Positions 38,402 to 50,162 of a stretch of DNA of 64,000 nucleotides are shown in pieces; position 1 is the first letter of the stretch, and each line of letters starts with the position of its first letter. Made by a program: the position numbers and the translations under genes. The stretch is taken from assembly GCA_945869735.1 (NCBI GenBank), contig CAMBPQ010000005.1:6733-70732 (forward strand), read 5' to 3'. The notes under the pieces are model-generated. The model was not told the DNA's origin, did not search any database, and worked only from the letters and a program-made list of their open reading frames with translations. This DNA comes from Planctomicrobium piriforme (GTDB lineage: Bacteria > Planctomycetota > Planctomycetia > Pirellulales > UBA1268).

Positions 38402-39550
38402 CTACGGGCCCTCGATCGCAGCGATGACCTTGGCGTAGGCCGCTACCCGATCCTCGGTGTTTTTCATGGTGCGGATTTCGAGCAGCATCGGTCGCAGCCC
38501 GGCGGCCCAAGCTCCGTCTTTCGTGATCCGCGCGGCGGCCTTGGCCCGCAACTCATCGGCGTCGCATCCGGTGGCGGCGGCAGCCGCAGCCACGACGCTC
38601 CGCAGATACTCCGCGGCCTGCACGTCGGCGTTGGGTGTGGTTGGTACGTCGAACCGGCCCAGGGCCCAGGCGATTCCCTCGGCCATGTGCTTCTGGAACA
38701 TCGGCTCTTTCCAGGTGGCATCGTTGTGACCGAAGTTCGTGGAGAAGACCCGACCCTTGCCGTACTCACGCACCCATGACACCGGCACGTGCCATGGCTC
38801 CTTGGGGCTGCTCCCCTGCATGTCGAGGCTCACGAGGACACGCAGATTTTCAGGCTTATACCGCTGATCGTATTGATAGATCTCGTCCTTCCAGCGGAAT
38901 CGCTCGGGAAACATTGCCGCCACCCGGTGGCCCGGCTCATGCACGACGAAGGCGTGTTCGCCACCGCCGTTCCACGGGTGGCCCGCAAAACAGCCACCGA
39001 CCATCTCGATGTAGGCGTCGGAACTCTTCAGGGTGTCGGTGGCCGCATGAAATCCGATAAACGCCTTGCCCGACCTGATCCAATCGAGAAAGCCCGTGAT
39101 GTCAGGCAGAGGCAGTTCACCCGTGGTGCTCGCGAAGATAATGCCGTCGAAGGTGGCGAGCGACTCGGGCGCAAAGACTTTTGCGAACTGTTCCTCGAGA
39201 GCGTTTTGCCAGACAACGTCGGCCTCTCGAAATCGCTGCTGCTCGGCCTTGAAGGTGTCTTCCTGTTTTTTCCAGTCGTCGTCGCCGACGTCCTTGCCAC
39301 GCTGTGGTGCCTTCGGCTGCTGCGGCCGTCCCGGCGGCAGCCGCAGAAAATCGACATGGAACAGGCCACTGGAGCGGCCCAGTTCCTCGAGCACGGGCTC
39401 CGCTGTGTTGATCGAGGCATGACGGAAGCCGGTCGTGACGGTCACGACGAGCAGCCGGGCCGGCCGGGCCGTCTCCGCCGCGAGGCCCCCCCTCGGGATC
39501 GCCGCCACGAGCACGACGAAAAACGGCCACCAACGAATATTGACCATCAT
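38402..39550 (-). CDS. ThuA-domain (trehalose-utilisation-like) secreted protein with C-terminal helical extension
   Basis: [45 protein letters not shown] and EIYQY are the ThuA pattern. The signal peptide is [18 protein letters not shown]. Confidence 0.75.
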   Translation of the reverse strand: MMVNIRWWPFFVVLVAAIPRGGLAAETARPARLLVVTVTTGFRHASINTAEPVLEELGRSSGLFHVDFLRLPPGRPQQPKAPQRGKDVGDDDWKKQEDTFKAEQQRFREADVVWQNALEEQFAKVFAPESLATFDGIIFASTTGELPLPDITGFLDWIRSGKAFIGFHAATDTLKSSDAYIEMVGGCFAGHPWNGGGEHAFVVHEPGHRVAAMFPERFRWKDEIYQYDQRYKPENLRVLVSLDMQGSSPKEPWHVPVSWVREYGKGRVFSTNFGHNDATWKEPMFQKHMAEGIAWALGRFDVPTTPNADVQAAEYLRSVVAAAAAATGCDADELRAKAAARITKDGAWAAGLRPMLLEIRTMKNTEDRVAAYAKVIAAIEGP

Positions 39551-39822
39551 TGCTCTCCGATGCGCCACAGGGAATCGTGGGTCTCGAGCACGATCCTACC
39601 GTCGACGATCACAGGCGACGAACTGTACACATGGCGATTCTTCGGCAATTCCTTCCCAGCGCGGTCAAGGCGGACGACGGTGTTCTTGGTTTCCCCCAAG
39701 TCTGTCCGGTTTGCATGGGAAGCAGAGATTTCGCGGCCGTGCTCCCGCCTTGCAGACGCGGCAGGCGCGGTGTCGAATATCACTCTCACCATGTTGTCAC
39801 CGTCAGCACAGGAGCCCTTCCC

Positions 39823-41028
39823 ATGGCCAAGAAGTCCGTCGCCGCGCTCGATCCCCAGGGAAAGACAGTCCTCGTCCGGGTCGACTTCAACGTCCCACAG
39901 GACGACACCGGGGCGATCACCGACGACCGGCGGATCCGGATGGCCCTGCCGACGATCACCTCCATCCTTGACCGGGGCGGCAAGGCGATCCTGATGTCAC
40001 ACCTCGGCCGGCCGGCGGGCAAGGGCTTTGAACAGGCGTTTTCACTGGCGCCGGTGGCCGCGTGGCTCGGCGAACTGCTCGGCAAGCCCGTCACGCTCGC
40101 CTCCGACACCGGCGGCCCCGATTCCCATGCCAAGGCCAGGGCCCTGCCCGCGGGCGGCGTGCTCGTGCTGGAGAACGTGCGGTTCAACAAGGGGGAAAAG
40201 AAGGGGGACGACCAGGCCTACGTCGCCGGCCTTGCGACCCTCGCGGACGCCTACGTCAACGACGCCTTCGGCACCTGCCATCGCACCGAGGCGAGCATGC
40301 ACGCCGTGCCGATGGCGATGAAGGCACTCGGCAAGCCCGCCGTCGTCGGCTTCCTCGTCGAGAAGGAGATTCAATACCTCGCCGACGCCATTCGCCACCC
40401 CAAGCGGCCGTTCGTGGCGATCCTCGGCGGCAAGAAGGTCTCTGACAAGATCGCCGTGATCGAGAATTTGCTGGCCATCTGCGACCACGTGTTGATCGGA
40501 GGCGCGATGGCCTACACCTTCTCGCTCGCCCAGGGCGGCGCGACGGGCAAGTCACTCGTCGAGCCGGACAAGGTCGCGCTCGCGAAGGAACTTCTGGCGC
40601 GGTCGGAGGGAAAGCTCGTCTTGCCCGTCGACACGCACTGCGCCGACGACTTTTCGGCAAGCGCCACCAAAAAGGTGGTCAAGGCCGGGGAGATTCCCGA
40701 CGGCTTCGAGGGCCTCGACATCGGGCCCGAGACGGCGAAACAGTATGCGGGAATCATCCGCACGGCCGGCACGGTCGTTTGGAACGGCCCGATGGGCGTG
40801 TTTGAAATGCCCCCTTTCGACGCCGGCACCAAGGCTGTCGCCGACGCGGTGGCCGCGGCCACCGCCAGCGGCGCCATCACGATCATCGGCGGCGGCGATT
40901 CGGCTGCTGCCGTCGAGCAACTCGGCTACGCCAACAAGGTGAGCCACGTCTCGACAGGCGGCGGCGCATCGCTCGAGATGCTCGAAGGCAAGGCCTTCGA
41001 GGCCGTGGCAGTGCTCGACGACACCTGA
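39823..41028 (+). CDS. pgk: phosphoglycerate kinase
   Basis: [26 protein letters not shown] and [14 protein letters not shown] lies 8 nt upstream of ATG 39823. Confidence 0.95.
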   Translation: MAKKSVAALDPQGKTVLVRVDFNVPQDDTGAITDDRRIRMALPTITSILDRGGKAILMSHLGRPAGKGFEQAFSLAPVAAWLGELLGKPVTLASDTGGPDSHAKARALPAGGVLVLENVRFNKGEKKGDDQAYVAGLATLADAYVNDAFGTCHRTEASMHAVPMAMKALGKPAVVGFLVEKEIQYLADAIRHPKRPFVAILGGKKVSDKIAVIENLLAICDHVLIGGAMAYTFSLAQGGATGKSLVEPDKVALAKELLARSEGKLVLPVDTHCADDFSASATKKVVKAGEIPDGFEGLDIGPETAKQYAGIIRTAGTVVWNGPMGVFEMPPFDAGTKAVADAVAAATASGAITIIGGGDSAAAVEQLGYANKVSHVSTGGGASLEMLEGKAFEAVAVLDDT

Positions 41029-41077
41029 ACGACCTCCGGCTGGTGTTCCATGGAAGTCATCTGACACCGACGCGGTT

Positions 41078-42268
41078 TCACATCGACGCGGTGTCGCTGG
41101 CCTCGGGCTCGGCGGCACGCTGCGCCGCCAGCCGTTGCTGAGCCCGCTGGGCGTAGTTGCGGTCATGATCGCTGAGTGACTCAAGCGGCACGGTGAGCGT
41201 CTGGCCGGCGGAATCGAGCACGCACGTACCGTCCGCACGGACATCGACCAGCGCGGCGACGACGGCATAGCCGCCGCTCCGGTCGATCCAGCGGCGCAGC
41301 GGTTCGCCAGACTCCCCTGCCCCATCGAAGGGGTCGGCCTCCGGAGCAGGCGGTTCTGCAGCAGGCGGTTCCTCGGTGAGAGGTTCGTCCGCCGGTAGAT
41401 CCACGGCCGGGGCCTCCTCGTCGACCACGGGAGCCTCTCCGGCATCCGCGTCGCCTGGCTCCACATCGACCTCGACGGCATCCTCGGTCTCTACCGGCTC
41501 GGCAGCAGCAGCAGGCGAGGAGCCGTCTTCGAGTTCTGAAGGTGCTTCGTCGAACGGCTTACTGACCGCCGCAGTATCCTCTGCATCTTCAAAAAGGTTA
41601 GGTTCCTCAGGCTCCACTGGAAGAGCGGGTTCAGCGGGAGCGGGTTCGGCGGGTTCCACGGGCTCGGTCGGATTTCCATCCTCCGGCGCGGCAGCGGGCT
41701 CGTCGGCCGGTTCGGTGGAGGCGTCCACCAACGGCTTCTCGGCATCAGCAGCCGCTGGCTCGTCGGCGGCAACCATTTCCTTCGCATCGGCCTCAGAAGC
41801 CTCCGTGGCCGGGGTCTCGGCCTGCGGTTCGAGAGGGGCGGGGGCGGGTTCAGTTTTCTGCGGCTCTTCTTCGGCAAGCGCCGTGGTCTGTTGAACCTCG
41901 ACAGGAACGGGTTCGCTCGCTGGCTGAAGCGTCGGCAGAGCCATATCCGGCGGTGCGACCGAAGGCTGCGCCGCAGGAGCGGCGGGTGGGGCTTCCACGG
42001 CCGGCTCGCCGACCGACACGATTTCGTCCGCCACGACCGACGCCGCGTGACAGCCACAACCTGATGCGCTCGTTGCGTCGCCCTGCCACCCATCGACGAC
42101 GACGTCCGACACCACCACCATCCCGCACTCGCGCGGCGGCGGACAGGTGACGACGCACGGCCGTGGGGCACGAGAGGCGCGTCGCAGATACCAGCACGCA
42201 CGGGCCGTGTCTGTCGTCATGGCAAGCGAAAGAACACCGACCAGAAAGGCATGCAAACAGCGACGCAC
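41078..42268 (-). CDS. secreted acidic Pro/Glu/Ala-rich protein with C-terminal SHD1-like domain
   Basis: N-terminal signal LHAFLVGVLSLAMTTDTARA, a long low-complexity PAEPA/EEP tract, and the C-terminal RRWIDRSGGYAVVAALVDVRADGTCVLDSAGQTLTVPLESLSDHD, which resembles SLA1-homology-domain-1 modules. Confidence 0.5.
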   Translation of the reverse strand: MRRCLHAFLVGVLSLAMTTDTARACWYLRRASRAPRPCVVTCPPPRECGMVVVSDVVVDGWQGDATSASGCGCHAASVVADEIVSVGEPAVEAPPAAPAAQPSVAPPDMALPTLQPASEPVPVEVQQTTALAEEEPQKTEPAPAPLEPQAETPATEASEADAKEMVAADEPAAADAEKPLVDASTEPADEPAAAPEDGNPTEPVEPAEPAPAEPALPVEPEEPNLFEDAEDTAAVSKPFDEAPSELEDGSSPAAAAEPVETEDAVEVDVEPGDADAGEAPVVDEEAPAVDLPADEPLTEEPPAAEPPAPEADPFDGAGESGEPLRRWIDRSGGYAVVAALVDVRADGTCVLDSAGQTLTVPLESLSDHDRNYAQRAQQRLAAQRAAEPEASDTASM

Positions 42269-42349
42269 GAGTCACCTCGGAGAAGGGTGGAAACCGGAGC
42301 CCTCTCTAGGCTACCCCGCATTTCCGGCCGATCAAACCCGCCCGAAGCT

Positions 42350-42391
42350 AAAAACGACGGGGGCCGGCGTGGCATGCGCCACACCGGCCCC
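42350..42391 (-). terminator. intrinsic-terminator-like hairpin downstream of nrdJ
   Basis: GGGGCCGGCGTGGC-ATGC-GCCACACCGGCCCC forms a 13-bp stem with one mismatch and a 4-nt loop. On the minus strand it is followed by CGTCGTTTTTAG. Confidence 0.6.
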
Positions 42392-42642
42392 TCGTGGATC
42401 GAACCCGCCAGCCGCCTGCGAACGGGGTAAAGCAATGCGAGAATGACGCGGATCGTGGCCGCGTGCAGGGCACGGGACCTTCAGGGAATCCGGGTCAACG
42501 CAACGGGTTTGGAACCTCCGACGGAACGCGGCAGCGGGTCGAATGTCAACGGCACTGTCTTCGACCCAGCTTGCGTTCTCACTTCATCCGTTCCGTGGCT
42601 GCCTTCCATCCGTTCCAACCTGCACAATCCACCCGTCACGAT

Positions 42643-45726
<3,084 letters not shown>

Positions 45727-46228
45727 GGAAAGCTCCTAGGGCTGGTGAAAACGGGACGTCGGATCAGGAAATCAGCAAACGAGGAAAGTGTCGGACATCG
45801 AAAGTATACGTGTGTATATCATATCTCCAAACGGTCATCGGCCCGCGACGGGGCGGTCCATGAATCGTTCAGGCTGCCAAAATGGCTCGGCCGGGGCGAT
45901 CGTCAGAAAGCAGCTCCTTCTGCATGCTATCGCAAGATGTTGTGGTCGCCGGTCTCATGACCCCTTCCTGTGGGCCGGGGCGTGAATGTAGCGTGAGCGT
46001 TTAGTGAGTCAAGCAAGTTTCCGGCGACCCTCAAATCGGCCGTGAAACAGGCCCTGCCGGGGTGCGCCGGCCGTGCCGGCACCGCATGGCAAAAACCACC
46101 CACACGAGGGGTTTCCGGCATGTGGTCGCCGCCGGCCCTTGCGAATGCGACAATGCCGGCAGCAGGGACGGCGGAAAAGGAAGCGGATTCCCACCGGTTC
46201 CAGACCCGAAACCACAGGAGTTGCTGCC

Positions 46229-46786
46229 ATGCCCCCGTCCCTCCTTTCCCGCCGCTCCCTCGACGGTATCCGCGTACTCATGCTGGTCGGGGACGACTAC
46301 GAAGACCTCGAACTCTGGTATCCAAAACTCCGCCTCGAGGAGGCTGGCGGGCACGTCACGCTGGCCGGCGCGATGCAGGGCCGCACCTTCTCCGGCAAAC
46401 ACGGCTACCCGTGCACGAGCGACGCCATGATCGGTGACATGGAAGCCGACGACTTTCACGGCATTGTCATTCCCGGCGGCTGGATGCCCGACAAACTCCG
46501 CCGGGATGAGAAGGTGCTCGATCTCGTCCGCTATTTCGCGGCCCAGGGCAAGCTCGTCGCGGCTATCTGCCACGGGGGATGGATCCCGATCTCGGCCGGT
46601 GTGTACCGGGGCGTCCGCGTCACCGGCAGCCCCGGCATCAAGGACGATCTCGTGAATGCCGGGGCCATCTGGGAGGACACCCAGGTGGTGGTCGACCGCC
46701 ACTATGTGTCGAGCCGCAAACCGGCTGATCTGCCCGCCTTCATGGCGGCGATCGTGGATATGCTGGCCGGCGTGGTTGCCGTGTAG
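46229..46786 (+). CDS. DJ-1/PfpI-family protein (intracellular protease/amidase type)
   Basis: EDLELWYP, FHGIVIPGG, the nucleophile elbow AAICHGG and VVVDRHYVSSRKPADLPAF. GGAG precedes ATG 46229. Confidence 0.85.
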   Translation: MPPSLLSRRSLDGIRVLMLVGDDYEDLELWYPKLRLEEAGGHVTLAGAMQGRTFSGKHGYPCTSDAMIGDMEADDFHGIVIPGGWMPDKLRRDEKVLDLVRYFAAQGKLVAAICHGGWIPISAGVYRGVRVTGSPGIKDDLVNAGAIWEDTQVVVDRHYVSSRKPADLPAFMAAIVDMLAGVVAV

Positions 46787-46795
46787 GATAGATGC

Positions 46796-47293
46796 ATGAG
46801 CCGCACCAACGAACTCCAACTCGCAGCTGTGAAGGCGCGGGTTCGCGAAGCTGGCATGCGCTGCACGGCCGCCCGTCTGGCCGTGATGCAGCACCTCGAT
46901 GCTGCCCTCGGTCCACGCACCCACGCGGAGGTTTCCGAGGCGCTCTCCGACCGAGGATTCGATCGCACCACGATCTACCGCAACCTCACGGAGCTCACCG
47001 AGGCGCGGCTCGTCACCCGCGTCGAACTCGGCGATCACGTGTGGCGGTTCGAAGTCAAGCGGCGTGGCCTCCATGGGGGTGCCGCGGAGGATCATCCGCA
47101 CTTCGTCTGCACCACCTGCGGAGAGGTCTCCTGCCTCGACGACGTCCGCGTGGCCATCACGCCGCATCCCCGGCAGCGGCCTGCCGACGATGCCCGCAGG
47201 AAAAAAACGCGGTCTCGCGCCGCAGACCACACGGTGGGCATCCACTCGGTGACCGAGGTGCTGCTCAAGGGCCGATGCGGGGACTGCGGCTGA
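46796..47293 (+). CDS. Fur-family transcriptional regulator
   Basis: The winged helix is RCTAARLAVMQHLDAALGPRTHAEVSEAL...TIYRNLTELTEARLV. Metal sites are HPHFVCTTCG and a C-terminal CGDCG. Confidence 0.8.
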   Translation: MSRTNELQLAAVKARVREAGMRCTAARLAVMQHLDAALGPRTHAEVSEALSDRGFDRTTIYRNLTELTEARLVTRVELGDHVWRFEVKRRGLHGGAAEDHPHFVCTTCGEVSCLDDVRVAITPHPRQRPADDARRKKTRSRAADHTVGIHSVTEVLLKGRCGDCG

Positions 47294-47519
47294 CGCACCT
47301 GCACGCTCGCTCGGGAGGGGTTGCCCGTGCCCTCTCGCAGGGCTGTGGAAGCAAGCGCAGCAAGGATTGCGAAGCGCCGCTTCCACCACAGAGAGCGGCG
47401 GGCTGGAGGCCCGCCGCGAACGTCCTGCGAAAGGGCACGGGCAACCCCGACCCACGCAAAACGTCGATTCATCGGCCATCGCCGTGCCCGCCAGGATCGG
47501 AGCCGCCGCAGGCGGTTGC

Positions 47520-48554
47520 TCAATACCACACGCCCGCGCGGACGAGAAACGTGTCGGCCGGACGAACGTCGGCCGTGTCGGTGAGGTAATACTCGACCAG
47601 GCGGCCGGTCACCCAGCCGGTCTCGAGCCGCCACGTGATGCCGAGGTCGGCCGGCCGCCGCTCCCAGCCCACGAGCAGCCGGTAGTCGTGGTACACGACT
47701 ACGTCGTTGGCGCCGCTGTCGCGGCGGACTGCCCACTGGTTGCCGCCGAACTCACCCGCGACATAGACCCACTGCGCCGCGCGGCTGCTCTCGGCCACTC
47801 GCCAGGCGAGCCGCGGCCGCGGGAAGATGAGCTCGTGCCGCTGGTCGTCGGACGGCGTCCAGAGGATGCCGCCAGCGGGCAGCATGTTGACATCGTAGCG
47901 GTCGAGGTAGATCACCCCGGCGACGACCCGCACCTCGTCGGTCGCCTCCCACGCCCCGAACCCATGGCCCGTGATCCGGAAGGCCTGTGGCGTGTCGTTG
48001 ACGAAATCGCTGTACCAGCCCGGGGCGACAGCGAGGTCAACGCCGAATCGCGCGCCGATCTTCCGCATCCACCGCGCCTGGATCCACGACTCGTAAAGCT
48101 GTGACGGCAGCCCCGAGTCCGTCGGCCCTGGCACCTCGTCAACGAATGTCGTGCCAAAGCCGGGGGTCACCAGCAGCGGCGAATCGACTGTCGGGGCCGG
48201 CATACCGATCGTGAGGCTCGTGTCGAGCGTCGTCAGCCCCAGGCCGTCGGCGCCCAGACGGGGCAGCTCCGTTGTCGTGAAGATCGCCTGCTGGAGCGGA
48301 CCCGGCTTCGCGCCCGGCGGCAGCTTGCGGCCCGCCGGTGGCTCAAACTCCTGCCGCGGCTGCCCCGGTGGCGCCACGTCGTCGGGCAGGAGCGGCTCGG
48401 TGAGATCCTGAGGGTCGCCGAGCGCCGCCAGGCGGATCCGCGCGAAGAACTCCTGCTCCACTGGCGGCAGCGGCGTGACACGGCCGGCATCGGCCGCCGC
48501 CGTCGCCGTCGCGGACAACATACAGAGCACGGCGATGAGCGACAGCCGCATCAA
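47520..48554 (-). CDS. putative outer-membrane beta-barrel protein (paralogue 2, possibly BBP7/DUF1551-like)
   Basis: Signal peptide MMRLSLIAVLCMLSATATAAA. Alternating amphipathic strands and a C-terminal aromatic residue (..RAGVWY). It is clearly homologous to the upstream gene (PLLVTPGFG, GVIYLDR, WTPSDD, FPRPR..WR.AE, GEFGGN.W). Confidence 0.55.
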   Translation of the reverse strand: MMRLSLIAVLCMLSATATAAADAGRVTPLPPVEQEFFARIRLAALGDPQDLTEPLLPDDVAPPGQPRQEFEPPAGRKLPPGAKPGPLQQAIFTTTELPRLGADGLGLTTLDTSLTIGMPAPTVDSPLLVTPGFGTTFVDEVPGPTDSGLPSQLYESWIQARWMRKIGARFGVDLAVAPGWYSDFVNDTPQAFRITGHGFGAWEATDEVRVVAGVIYLDRYDVNMLPAGGILWTPSDDQRHELIFPRPRLAWRVAESSRAAQWVYVAGEFGGNQWAVRRDSGANDVVVYHDYRLLVGWERRPADLGITWRLETGWVTGRLVEYYLTDTADVRPADTFLVRAGVWY

Positions 48555-49735
48555 TACGCCAATCCCAGCCTAAACATGATCGTGCTGGGCAGGTCGACGA
48601 TCTGCGGCGGCCCGTCGACGTAAAAGAGTTGCCGGTAGAAGACGTAGCCGATCTCGAAGTTGCCCGCCATGCCCGTCTGCGCCATGGGCACGAACTCGGT
48701 GCCCAGCGCGATGCGGATGTCGTTGTAGTCGAAGGGGGTGATCATGTTGTAGTTGGACGTGCTGCGGCGAAACGTCCAGGCACCGCCGCCGTACTCACCC
48801 GAGAGATAAGCCCACCAGGCGCGTTTCTGCGTCTCGGCATACCGCCACGACGCCCGCGGTGCCGGGAAGAAGATGTCGTAGCGCGAGCGGTCGTTGGGCG
48901 TCCAGGTGGCGCCGAGCGCTGGCAGGAGTTTCACCTGGTTGCGGTCGAGGTAGATGATGCCCGCCTTGGCCTGCCAGGTGGGCGTGAGTTGGAGCGTGCC
49001 GATGGCGCGACCCATGAGTCGCCAACTCTCCCAGACGAGCACATCCCAGTTGGTATAGATGCCGACGCGGATCCCCAGCTCCGCTCCCCACAAGGGCGAG
49101 AACTTCGGATTCCAGGCCGCGTCGACGAAGACGTCGTAGGTGTTGGGGGGCAGGTCGGCCAACTGGGTCTGCGTGGTCTCTGGGCCGTCCCAGAGCTGCA
49201 GCCCGAAGCCGGGCGTGATGAGCAGCGGCGCATGGTTGATGTTGGCGGGCGAGTTGTGGAAAAAGGGCAGCGCGAATGTGGCGGTGGTGTCGAGTTCGTT
49301 GACGCCGACGTTGAGGTCGTTGCCGTCGCCGAGCAGGTAGGCCCAGCTGCCGCGCACGCCTTGAAAGACGTGCATCGTCTGCTGGTACGCCGCGCTCTGG
49401 GTGGGGGAGCCGGTGGGAAAGAGCGCGGCCTGCTGGGGCGGCGCCTGCGGCGGCACAAGCGACGGCGCGGCGGTCGAGTAGCCTGGATAGCCAGGCTGGC
49501 CGGCGATCGCCGATGGTGCCCAGGTCGACGACGTCGGACCGGGCGAGGGAAATACCTGCGAGGCCTGCGGCGCGTACGCGTCCCACGTCGGGGGCGGTGG
49601 CGAGAGCGGTGCCTGCGCGATGCGGTCGAGCGACGAGGCTGCCGGCGGCGGCAGATAGGACGTTTGCGCGGAGGCGCTTCCGGCTGCTGAAAATAGCAGG
49701 GCGATCGCCAGCACAAGTGAGACAGCCAACCGCAT
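48551..49735 (-). CDS. putative outer-membrane beta-barrel protein (paralogue 1)
   Basis: Signal peptide MRLAVSLVLAIALLFSAAGSASA, a Pro/Gln-rich linker, and the same conserved blocks (PLLITPGFG, GIIYLDR, WTPNDR, FPAPR..WR.AE, GEYGGG.W). It ends ..LGLAY. The ATG at 49735 has GGAG 10 nt upstream, whereas the track starts at GTG 49744. Its stop overlaps the downstream start by 4 nt. Confidence 0.55.
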   Translation of the reverse strand: MRLAVSLVLAIALLFSAAGSASAQTSYLPPPAASSLDRIAQAPLSPPPPTWDAYAPQASQVFPSPGPTSSTWAPSAIAGQPGYPGYSTAAPSLVPPQAPPQQAALFPTGSPTQSAAYQQTMHVFQGVRGSWAYLLGDGNDLNVGVNELDTTATFALPFFHNSPANINHAPLLITPGFGLQLWDGPETTQTQLADLPPNTYDVFVDAAWNPKFSPLWGAELGIRVGIYTNWDVLVWESWRLMGRAIGTLQLTPTWQAKAGIIYLDRNQVKLLPALGATWTPNDRSRYDIFFPAPRASWRYAETQKRAWWAYLSGEYGGGAWTFRRSTSNYNMITPFDYNDIRIALGTEFVPMAQTGMAGNFEIGYVFYRQLFYVDGPPQIVDLPSTIMFRLGLAY

Positions 49736-49748
49736 GCCGAGCACGCTC

Positions 49749-49784
49749 CTGCGAACCGCCGGAAGACTGCGAACCGCCGGAAGA
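49749..49784. repeat. perfect 2 x 18-bp tandem repeat in the 5' leader of the barrel operon
   Basis: ctgcgaaccgccggaaga ctgcgaaccgccggaaga, 14-49 nt upstream of ATG 49735 on the coding (minus) strand. Confidence 0.85.
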
Positions 49785-49897
49785 GCCCGGTGGCAGCGAA
49801 CTCATCGGAAGAGACAAAGGGAAATACGGGGGGTACCACGCACGCTCCAGGGGAATCAAGCCCGCGAGGAGGCATCGCGGGTCGCGAAATCGCGTCT

Positions 49898-50162
49898 GCC
49901 TAAGGTGCAGCGTCGAGATGGCACCTTGGAGGAGGTAGGCGAGGGGGTCGGCGAACGCTCGAGGAGCCTCGGGCGTATCCTCGCCCCGGCGACGAGACTT
50001 TTGCCGCCCCCGAGCCGGCGATCCACGCAAGTTGGATGCGCTCTCGCAGCGGTGTGGAGAGGGGGTCGGCGAACGCTCGAGGAACCTCGGGCGTATCCTC
50101 GCCCCGGCGCCGAGACTTTTGCCGCCCCTGAGCCGGCGATCCACCCACTTCGCATGCCGTCT
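49898..50162 (+). repeat. family-A dispersed repeat, copies 6 and 7 in tandem
   Basis: Two head-to-tail units span 49898-50046 and 50047-50162. Each reads GGGGGTCGGCGAACGCTCGAGGA(G/A)CCTCGGGCGTATCCTCGCCCCGGCG(A/C)CGAGACTTTTGCCGCCCC(C/T)GAGCCGGCGATCCAC.... Confidence 0.9.

Noticed and set aside
45790-45830. An NrdR box upstream of nrdJ.
   Set aside because: The palindrome TATAC-N4-GTATA does not fit the NrdR consensus as I recall it (acaCwAtATaTwGtgt), and only one copy is present rather than the usual tandem pair. It is kept only as a generic operator/promoter candidate.
45940-45975. A cobalamin-riboswitch B12-box-like string on the nrdJ-coding strand (GGAAGGGGTCATGAGACCGGCGAC versus the consensus core AGYCMGGAGACCKGCC).
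   Set aside because: Only this one block matches. I cannot find the other conserved riboswitch blocks (the AGGGAA, GGTG.AA..CC and GCCACTG regions) upstream. A B12-OFF switch on a B12-dependent reductase would also be functionally odd. An Infernal/Rfam scan would settle it.
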